Origin: an uncultured Pseudomonadota bacterium
Lineage (GTDB): Bacteria > Babelota > Babeliae > Babelales > CAIQNR01
Assembly: GCA_964547785.1 (NCBI GenBank)
Contig: CAZJPB010000003.1
Location: forward strand, 1-32,921
Reading direction: 5' to 3'
Length of the DNA: 32,921 nucleotides
The position numbers and the translations under genes are program-made. A model generated the notes under the pieces. That model was given only the letters and a program-made list of their open reading frames with translations. It was not told the DNA's origin and ran no database searches. Positions 26,681 through 32,921 of the stretch are shown here, piece after piece (the first letter of the stretch is position 1; every line of letters begins with the position of its first letter).

Positions 26681-27846
26681 ATTTGTATCCTTATGTTATT
26701 AAAAGCTTTTAAAGATTCTTTAGGTTGCATATAAAAATGCTTTCTAATGATAGCTACAATTTTTTCTGCTGCATGTCCATCACCATACAGACTATTATTT
26801 TTACTAGATTCTGTTTTTTCTACCGCAAGATGCTGAGCAAGCATAGTCATAATCAGAGATTTTTTAGTTCCAACAAGATGCGCCAATCCATGCCATACGC
26901 CTTCCATTCGCTCACTCTTATCTCGTAAAACCAATACAGTCTTTCCAAGACTAACAGCCTCTTCTTGAATGCCTCCTGAATCAGTCATCACAAGATTAAC
27001 ATGCGTCATTACATACACAAGTTCATGATATAAAAGCGGCGAAAAAATAATAACATTAGAAATCATCTGTAAATTTATTTTTTTTATCGCTTGAATCACT
27101 GTAGGATTTGGATGATGTGGATATATAAAGATCGTATCTGGATGCTCTAATGCATAAGTTTTTACCGCAGATAAAATTTCAACAATACCTTCTGGAAAAG
27201 ATTCTCTTCTGTGTACTGTTAGTAAAACAAGTTTTTTATTGTTTTGAAAACACGCATCTAAAAGCTTTTGTCTTATCAAAACCGTTTTATTTTTTATTTT
27301 ATTTTGTATCGATACTAATGCATCAACCACCGTATTGCCTGTGCAAAAAATGGATTCTTTTTTATAACCCTCTTGCAACAAATTATTCGTCGCTTGATCA
27401 GTTGGCGTAAAATGGAAATACGCTAAAGTACTCACTAATTTTCTATTTGCTTCTTCTGGATACGGATTCAAAAGATCACCTGTTCGCAATCCAGCTTCAA
27501 CATGACCAATCGGTATTTTTTGATAAAAAGCAGCTAATGCTGCAGCCATTACTGTAGTTGTATCACCTTGCACAAGCACACAAGTTGGATTTACAGCCTC
27601 ATATACTTTTTTTATTTTTTCTAAAACTGAGCACGTAATATACGAAAGATCCTGATCTTGCTTCATGATCGCAAGAGCATAATCTGGCATTACATTACAA
27701 TTATCAAAAACCTCTTGCAACAATGTATTATGTTGTCCTGTTGAACACAATACAACGGGAATTTCAGCCTCTTTGAGCGCAAAATAAATAGGTAACATTT
27801 TTATGCCTTCTGGGCGTGTTCCTACCACTAACAGTACAGGTTGCAT
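26677..27846 (-). CDS. wecB: UDP-N-acetylglucosamine 2-epimerase (non-hydrolysing), WecB
   Basis: 389 aa. It has VVGTRPEGIKMLP, TGQH, VQGDTTTVMAAALAAFYQKIPIGHVEAGLRT, PYPEEANR and GNTVVDAL. AAGGA lies 8 nt upstream of the ATG. It is the first gene of the locus. Confidence 0.92.
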   Translation of the reverse strand: MQPVLLVVGTRPEGIKMLPIYFALKEAEIPVVLCSTGQHNTLLQEVFDNCNVMPDYALAIMKQDQDLSYITCSVLEKIKKVYEAVNPTCVLVQGDTTTVMAAALAAFYQKIPIGHVEAGLRTGDLLNPYPEEANRKLVSTLAYFHFTPTDQATNNLLQEGYKKESIFCTGNTVVDALVSIQNKIKNKTVLIRQKLLDACFQNNKKLVLLTVHRRESFPEGIVEILSAVKTYALEHPDTIFIYPHHPNPTVIQAIKKINLQMISNVIIFSPLLYHELVYVMTHVNLVMTDSGGIQEEAVSLGKTVLVLRDKSERMEGVWHGLAHLVGTKKSLIMTMLAQHLAVEKTESSKNNSLYGDGHAAEKIVAIIRKHFYMQPKESLKAFNNIRIQI

Positions 27847-27998
27847 CAGATTATCCTTACTTTGTAAAAATTTTATCTCATAGGCCGCACTAAAATAACA
27901 TGTACTTATTTTGTTAGCAAAAATGTTATTCTATATTTTTTATGATTTACTGATTAAAAAAATTAGTTTTGCACACCCTCTAACAAAAAAGGTTATGT
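27847..27998. promoter_or_regulatory. Divergent intergenic region expected to hold promoters for the minus-strand glycan locus and the plus-strand HIT gene
   Basis: This is a 152-nt AT-rich spacer between divergently oriented first genes. Plus-strand candidates are TTGTTA(27911-27916)-15 nt-TATATT(27932-27937) and TTGCAC(27969-27974)-18 nt-TTATGT. None is a strong consensus match, so the call rests mainly on gene geometry. Confidence 0.4.
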
Positions 27999-28511
27999 AT
28001 GAAAAATTTATATGCGCCCTGGCGAGAAGCATATGCAACATCAGATTTTGAAAAAAATAAAAAATCTGTAAAAACAGATTGCGTCTTTTGTCAGCAACTA
28101 GAAGACACCAAAGATGAAGAGTATTTTATCCTTGGTCGTTATAAAAAAAATTGTATCATGCTCAATCGCTATCCTTATAATGCTGGCCATCTTTTGATTG
28201 TACCTTTAGAACATCAAGGTTGGCTTGAACAACTTGATCAGACAACACAACAAGAGATGATCTACCTTGTTTCTGAAAGCATAACTATTTTAAAAAATAC
28301 GCTAAAATGCGATGGCATCAATGTTGGCTTAAATCTTGGAGAAGGCGCAGGTGGCAGCATACCAGCACATCTACATTTTCATGTTTTGCCTCGATGGCTC
28401 GGTGATACTAATTTTTTGCCAACCCTTGCAGACACAAAACAAATTCCTTTTAATTTAAGCACTCTTTATACCAAATTACAAAAATATTTCTTAGATATTA
28501 AGCCTATATAA
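27999..28511 (+). CDS. HIT-family nucleotide hydrolase/transferase (Ap4A-phosphorylase-like branch)
   Basis: 170 aa. It has the histidine triad AHLHFHVLPRW, NRYPYNAGHLLIVP, and the N-terminal APWR..Y typical of the ATP-adenylyltransferase-like HIT branch. Confidence 0.85.
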   Translation: MKNLYAPWREAYATSDFEKNKKSVKTDCVFCQQLEDTKDEEYFILGRYKKNCIMLNRYPYNAGHLLIVPLEHQGWLEQLDQTTQQEMIYLVSESITILKNTLKCDGINVGLNLGEGAGGSIPAHLHFHVLPRWLGDTNFLPTLADTKQIPFNLSTLYTKLQKYFLDIKPI

Positions 28512-28541
28512 TACTATTAGAAAAAATAAGACAAAAAGCTT

Positions 28542-28570
28542 TTGAATGAATTTTATAAAACTTGTACTAT
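28542..28570 (+). promoter_or_regulatory. Candidate sigma70-type promoter for the 28645 gene
   Basis: TTGAAT (28542-28547), 17-nt spacer, TACTAT (28565-28570). Such matches are frequent in AT-rich DNA. Confidence 0.3.
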
Positions 28571-28644
28571 TAAATTCATGTATTTGCATGTTTTACATTC
28601 AAAATACTTACCGTAAATTTATATATCCGTGGAGGTTATTTAAC

Positions 28645-29472
28645 ATGAAACGTACCTTGCTTTTTATTATGATGTGCTTAGCGCCATCATTTGCTCAAAG
28701 TGCCGCATTACTTGCTGGCATAAGAACTGCTGGAAAAGCTGCTGTTGTTTTTACAGAACGAGCTTTAATGACCGCTGGTACTCTTTTTGCAGGTTACGTA
28801 GGCTTCACAGCATTACCAAATACTTCTTCTCTTCCAGAAATGCCTGCTCCTCAAACTCAAATACCATTGCCATCGGTAGCTGCTGATCTTGCTGCTGAAC
28901 AAGCTACTCAAGCTGCTCAAAAAATATTAGCTGAGAAAATATTGGCTGAAAAAGCCGCAACACTGGCTGCTGAGCAAGCTGCTCAAGCTGCTGAAAAATT
29001 ATTAGCTGAAGAAGCTGCAAAAAAAGCTGCTGCTGTAGCAGCTGCTACAACAGCAAATTCTTCTTTATTCAATGTTGATTGCTCACTAGAAGGTGCTTTT
29101 AAAGTATTAAAAAGTGGCGCTGACAAATGCGCAAAATTAGCTTTACCATCACCTGCTTATGATTTTTTAGATAAAAATCCAATCGTAACAAAAGCAATTG
29201 TAGCCTATATCATCGTTGGGCAAATATATTTTCACGTATGGAAAAGAATACAACATTCAAATTTAATAACAGAAACCGCAAAATTACAACGCTGTCAATT
29301 AATTCTAAATTGTGATCTTCGTAACGTACCTGTTGAAGCTAAAAACGTCAAAAGTCCTATTTTAGATGCTATTTTCTTACCACATCTTTTATTTAATGAA
29401 GCAGTAGGAGCGACCGTAAGGTACATTAAAGAGCTAGGCCAGATAATTTCAAAGAGACTTTTTGGCTCATAA
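28645..29472 (+). CDS. Orphan secreted/envelope protein with signal peptide and Ala/Glu/Gln/Lys-rich repeat (predicted coiled coil)
   Basis: I prefer the start at M34 of the track ORF (ATG 28645), which has GGAGG (28631-28635) 9 nt upstream. The signal-peptide-like N-terminus is MKRTLLFIMMCLAPSFAQSA. The repeat region is AAEQATQAAQKILAEKILAEKAATLAAEQAAQAAEKLLAEEAAKKAAAVAAA. A later hydrophobic segment reads IVTKAIVAYIIVGQIYFHVW. I recognise no family. Confidence 0.6.
   Translation: MKRTLLFIMMCLAPSFAQSAALLAGIRTAGKAAVVFTERALMTAGTLFAGYVGFTALPNTSSLPEMPAPQTQIPLPSVAADLAAEQATQAAQKILAEKILAEKAATLAAEQAAQAAEKLLAEEAAKKAAAVAAATTANSSLFNVDCSLEGAFKVLKSGADKCAKLALPSPAYDFLDKNPIVTKAIVAYIIVGQIYFHVWKRIQHSNLITETAKLQRCQLILNCDLRNVPVEAKNVKSPILDAIFLPHLLFNEAVGATVRYIKELGQIISKRLFGS
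28891..29010 (+). repeat. In-frame 45-nt direct repeat (two copies, 40/45 identical) inside the Ala-rich protein gene
   Basis: Copy 1 (28891-28935) is GCTGCTGAACAAGCTACTCAAGCTGCTCAAAAAATATTAGCTGAG. Copy 2 (28966-29010) is GCTGCTGAGCAAGCTGCTCAAGCTGCTGAAAAATTATTAGCTGAA. They are separated by 30 nt and were aligned by hand. Confidence 0.85.
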
Positions 29473-29507
29473 TAAAAATTTTATAGTACATTATATGTGT
29501 GTATTTC

Positions 29508-29546
29508 TCAAAGTGGGCAAGTAACATTGCCCACTTTGATTTTTTA
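29508..29546 (+). terminator. Rho-independent terminator downstream of the Ala-rich protein gene
   Basis: It has a perfect 12-bp stem, CAAAGTGGGCAA (29509-29520) paired with TTGCCCACTTTG (29527-29538), plus a flanking T:A pair. The loop is GTAACA, followed by T6 (29540-29545). Confidence 0.85.
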
Positions 29547-29620
29547 TAAAAAGAAAAATGCAGAGACCTAAAAATAATTGTATGATTTTAGTAATAATTT
29601 TTTACCAAAAAGGATTACTC

Positions 29621-30058
29621 ATGAAACCATACGAATCAACATTTGCTTTTATTAAAGACGCAATTTTAATTATCTGCATAACGATACTATCCGTCACTTC
29701 TATCTTTAAAATTAATGATATTCTTTTGCCTCATCCAACCTTTAATGCACTGGTAACCGTTGATCAAAAAACAGAGCCTGAGCGATACAAAGAACAAAGT
29801 TCACATTTAGAAAACAAACGACAAGAACAACAATATAAAAGTTTTTATTTTTTTGCTTGTATTGGCATCTTTTTGCTTTTATTAAGTATTTTTATCATTA
29901 AAAATGTGCTTTTTTTAAGCTTAAGCTCTCTTCTGTCAGGAACAATTTGTATAATCTTTAGCTTGTCCCAAGCCCAATCTAAAAACATAGAATTAATGTT
30001 TTTGTTAAGCGCTCTTTTTGTGATGATTTTTGCAGGATTTAGATTAAAAGATAAATAA
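29621..30058 (+). CDS. Small hypothetical integral membrane protein
   Basis: I prefer the start MKPYESTF (ATG 29621), preceded by AAAGGA. It has about four hydrophobic helices (AILIICITILSVTSIF, FFACIGIFLLLLSIFII, LSSLLSGTICIIFSL, LMFLLSALFVMIFAGF). I recognise no family. Confidence 0.55.
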   Translation: MKPYESTFAFIKDAILIICITILSVTSIFKINDILLPHPTFNALVTVDQKTEPERYKEQSSHLENKRQEQQYKSFYFFACIGIFLLLLSIFIIKNVLFLSLSSLLSGTICIIFSLSQAQSKNIELMFLLSALFVMIFAGFRLKDK

Positions 30059-30098
30059 AATTTTATAATAATTTTTAGACTAATCGATAAGGTTTTAA

Positions 30099-32690
30099 AT
30101 GAATTCATTAGAAATACGAAAAAAATTTTTTGATTTTTTTACCAAACACGGCCATACCAAAGTTGCAAGCTCTTCGTTAATTCCTGCTCAGGATCCTACA
30201 CTTTTATTCACCAACGCAGGAATGAATCAGTTTAAAGATCTTTTTTTAGGCAACGAAAAACGTAGCTATAAAACAGCCGTATCCATTCAAAAATGCGTTC
30301 GCGCTGGCGGTAAACATAATGATCTTGATAATGTTGGATTTACCAAAAGACATCTGACTTTTTTTGAAATGATGGGCAATTTTTCGTTCGGTGATTATTT
30401 TAAAAAAGAAGCAATTTTTTACGCTTGGAATTTTTTAACAGAAGATCTTGGATTAAAAAAAGAAGATCTCTTTGTTTCTGTTTATCAAGAAGATGATGAA
30501 GCTTTTGCTATTTGGAATCAAACCATGGGTATACCTGCTGAACGAATTATGCGTTTTGGAAAAGCCGATAATTTCTGGCAAATGGGAAACACGGGCCCTT
30601 GCGGTCCATGCACCGAAATTTACGTCGACCAACGGCCACAGCATGAACGCTCAACAATACCTGTTTACGAAGATTTTGAAGAAGGCAAACTACTCGAAAT
30701 CTGGAACTTAGTTTTTATGCAATACAACATGCAAGAAGATGGATCACTGGAACCATTAAAACAGACAGGCGTTGATACGGGAATGGGTCTTGAACGTGTT
30801 ACGTGCGTTTTGCAAAATGTTGATTCAGTCTATAAAAGCGATATTTTTTTACCATTAATTCAAGCTATAGAAAAGCTAACTGGCATAGCATACGCAAACC
30901 AAGATGAAAAAACAAAAGCTGCTTTCCATGTTCTTGCAGATCATATTCGCTCATCTTCTTTGCTTATTGCTGATGGAGCCGCACCTTCGAACGAAGGTCG
31001 TGGCTATGTTTTAAGAAAAATTATTCGTCGCGCTGCACTATTTGCTCAAAAATTAACTGCTAAAAATATTTTCCCTGATCTTGCAAAAGTTTTTATCAAA
31101 CAAATGGCTCCTATTTATCCTGAACTCGATATCAATCAAACCATGATTGTTGATTTATTGCATAACGAAATTGAACAATTTTCAACAAATCTCATTCGCG
31201 GCCAAAATATTTTAGAAACTTTTTTTAAAGAACAAGCCGCAACACAACAAATCACTGGCGAACAGGCTTTTAAATTATACGATACCTATGGATTCCCTTT
31301 TGAAGTAACAGAAGTCGCTTCCAAAGAACGTGCATTCACCGTTGATTTTGAAGGCTTTAAAAAAGCGATGGAACAACAAAAAGCACTTTCTGGTAAAAAA
31401 ATGAAAGATGTCGTTAAACACATCGATTTACCAGAAACTATTACCACAACATTTGTTGGCTACGAAAAAACAAACTGTGAATCTATCTGTAATGGATTAT
31501 TGGTTGATGATGCATTAGTAGAAACAGCTCCTGAAGGATCAACTGTGTGGGTTATTACCAAAGAATCTCCCTTTTTTGTAACAACTGGCGGTCAAGTTGA
31601 TGATCAAGGTTGGATTATCATTCACGGAAAAAAAGCTGCTATCCAAGGCCTTAAAAAATGTGGTACTACTGCACAAGCTTTTAAAATAATTGCACCATGC
31701 GTTCTTACTGTTGGCGATCTTATTACGCAACAGGTTGAACTTTCGAGTCGCATAAAAACCATGAATAATCATACCGCAACGCATCTTTTGCAAGCCGCTT
31801 TAATTAATCTTTTTGGAAAACAAGTTAAACAAGCTGGTTCTGTCGTGCATCCTGATTATCTTCGTTTTGATTTTACCTATCACAAAAACTTAACTGAACA
31901 AGAAATCAATGAAATCGAAACAGCCATAAATAATAAAATTCGAGAAAATCTTCCCGTCTCTGTTTTTTATACAGATTATAAAAATGCTCTTGAAAAAGGT
32001 GCTATAGCTATTTTTGGTGAAAAATATAATCCAGAAAAAGTTCGAGTCGTTGATGTTTCTTCATTTTCTATTGAATTATGCGGCGGTACGCATGTCCCTT
32101 CTACTGGTGTTATTGGGTCATTTAAAATTACAGAAATGGGCGCACTATCAGCTGGTGTCAAACGTATTCTTGCTGTTACTGGACCAGAAGCTGTTCGCTT
32201 GATGCAAAGTAATTTTAATGCTTTAAAAACATTAAGCCAAGAATTTAAAGTGCAACCGCATGATGTCTGTTGCGCTGTTGAAAAGCAAAAAAACCAACTA
32301 CAACAAGCTCATCATAAAATTAAAAATTTAAAAAAAGAACTTTTGCAAACTCTGTTGCCTACTTGGAAAAGCAAAATACAAATGCTCAAAGATATGCCAT
32401 TTTTATATCTCACCCTTACTGATCAGTCTACAGAAGATTTACGAGAAATTGCACAACAATTACAAACCTATAAACTCGGCCTTTACGTCCTTTTAAGCAA
32501 TGAACTTGATAAAACATTTTTTTATGTATCATTGGCTGATGCATTTCATAATCTTTTTGATATCAATCTTATTGCGCATCTTTTTAAATCGCATGGTCTT
32601 GTAGGTGGAGGCAAAAAAGGAACATTGCAAGGAAGTGGCCCTCTATTAACAAAAAATATAGAAATAGAAATTAAAAACATAAAGGAATAA
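30099..32690 (+). CDS. alaS: Alanine--tRNA ligase
   Basis: 863 aa. It has class II AlaRS motifs FTNAGMNQFK, KCVRAGGKHNDLDNVG and FFEMMGNFSFGDYFK, and the editing-domain HTATHLL and CGGTHV. The C-terminal DHHA1-like region reads GGGKKGTLQGSG. Confidence 0.97.
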   Translation: MNSLEIRKKFFDFFTKHGHTKVASSSLIPAQDPTLLFTNAGMNQFKDLFLGNEKRSYKTAVSIQKCVRAGGKHNDLDNVGFTKRHLTFFEMMGNFSFGDYFKKEAIFYAWNFLTEDLGLKKEDLFVSVYQEDDEAFAIWNQTMGIPAERIMRFGKADNFWQMGNTGPCGPCTEIYVDQRPQHERSTIPVYEDFEEGKLLEIWNLVFMQYNMQEDGSLEPLKQTGVDTGMGLERVTCVLQNVDSVYKSDIFLPLIQAIEKLTGIAYANQDEKTKAAFHVLADHIRSSSLLIADGAAPSNEGRGYVLRKIIRRAALFAQKLTAKNIFPDLAKVFIKQMAPIYPELDINQTMIVDLLHNEIEQFSTNLIRGQNILETFFKEQAATQQITGEQAFKLYDTYGFPFEVTEVASKERAFTVDFEGFKKAMEQQKALSGKKMKDVVKHIDLPETITTTFVGYEKTNCESICNGLLVDDALVETAPEGSTVWVITKESPFFVTTGGQVDDQGWIIIHGKKAAIQGLKKCGTTAQAFKIIAPCVLTVGDLITQQVELSSRIKTMNNHTATHLLQAALINLFGKQVKQAGSVVHPDYLRFDFTYHKNLTEQEINEIETAINNKIRENLPVSVFYTDYKNALEKGAIAIFGEKYNPEKVRVVDVSSFSIELCGGTHVPSTGVIGSFKITEMGALSAGVKRILAVTGPEAVRLMQSNFNALKTLSQEFKVQPHDVCCAVEKQKNQLQQAHHKIKNLKKELLQTLLPTWKSKIQMLKDMPFLYLTLTDQSTEDLREIAQQLQTYKLGLYVLLSNELDKTFFYVSLADAFHNLFDINLIAHLFKSHGLVGGGKKGTLQGSGPLLTKNIEIEIKNIKE

Positions 32691-32692
32691 AC

Positions 32693-32921
32693 ATGAATTT
32701 TTTAGACCCTAAAATAGATTTTGTCTTTAAAAAATTATTTGGCACCATCACGAACAAAGATACTTTGATATTTTTTTTAAATAGTATTTTAGAAAAAAAA
32801 GAATCTGAAAAAATAATTGATGTAAAAATTAATGACCCAATCAATATTCAAGATCGTAAACTTTCTAAAGAATCTATCGTTGATGTTCGCTGTACTGATA
32901 AGCAAAATAAGCATTATATTA
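32693..32921 (+). CDS. Rpn-family recombination-promoting nuclease/putative transposase (PD-(D/E)XK, YhgA-like), 5' partial
   Basis: Hand translation from ATG 32693 gives MNFLDPKIDFVFKKLFGTITNKDTLIFFLNSILEKKESEKIIDVKINDPINIQDRKLSKESIVDVRCTDKQNKHYI. The DPK.DFVFKKLFG opening and the S.VDV.C.D...... acidic strand match the N-terminus of this family. The gene starts 2 nt after the alaS stop and runs off the right edge. Confidence 0.7.
   Translation, partial: MNFLDPKIDFVFKKLFGTITNKDTLIFFLNSILEKKESEKIIDVKINDPINIQDRKLSKESIVDVRCTDKQNKHYI

Noticed and set aside
28546-28644. Longer N-terminal extension of the Ala-rich protein (track start 28546)
   Set aside because: The internal ATG at 28645 has a GGAGG Shine-Dalgarno at ideal spacing and yields a canonical signal peptide. 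The upstream ATG sits inside the candidate -35 hexamer and adds 33 non-signal-like residues.
1-32921. CRISPR arrays, tRNA/rRNA genes, riboswitch or T-box leaders, and defence or toxin-antitoxin systems
   Set aside because: The few intergenic regions (58, 46, 73, 152, 133, 148 and 40 nt) contain no spaced direct repeats, cloverleaf-like GC stems or long structured leaders. Every sizeable ORF is accounted for by glycan-biosynthesis or housekeeping families, or by the orphan envelope proteins.

Overview
AT-rich bacterial window. All calls come from reading the supplied translations and the DNA by eye; no database search was run. Positions 1-27846 form one co-directional, minus-strand surface-glycan (LPS/O-antigen-like) locus of 28 ORFs. 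Most neighbouring genes overlap or abut, and the only gaps over 40 nt are 7630-7687, 8303-8348 and 23081-23153. In transcription order the locus contains:
- wecB, wecC, a fused MDR/Gfo-Idh-MocA oxidoreductase and an AsnB-type amidotransferase.
- The N-terminal half of a GT4 glycosyltransferase.
- Fourteen genes: wzm/wzt ABC exporter, an orphan GT-A-like protein, a TylC3-type sugar C-methyltransferase, two DegT aminotransferases, two further methyltransferases, a NeuD/PglD-type acetyltransferase, an FdtA/QdtA ketoisomerase, an SDR and rmlB-rmlA-rmlC.
- The C-terminal half of a GT4 glycosyltransferase.
- An Arn-like set: SDR, polytopic membrane protein, ArnC-like GT2, GNAT and ArnB-like aminotransferase.
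- A methyltransferase, a second ArnC-like GT2, and a membrane protein that runs off the left edge and is missing from the ORF track.

The plus strand from 27999 carries a HIT-family gene, a signal-peptide Ala-rich repeat protein, a strong terminator, a small membrane protein, alaS and the 5' end of an Rpn-family PD-(D/E)XK nuclease gene. No rRNA, tRNA, CRISPR array, IS element or integrase is visible.

The most interesting points are:
- The GT4 gene appears split, with its halves bracketing a 12 kb dTDP-sugar/ABC-exporter cassette.
- An Arn-like module seems to use a GNAT where the Arn pathway uses a formyltransferase.
- A C-methyltransferase sub-cluster implies a branched, methylated amino sugar.
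- A 37-nt direct repeat brackets one methyltransferase gene.
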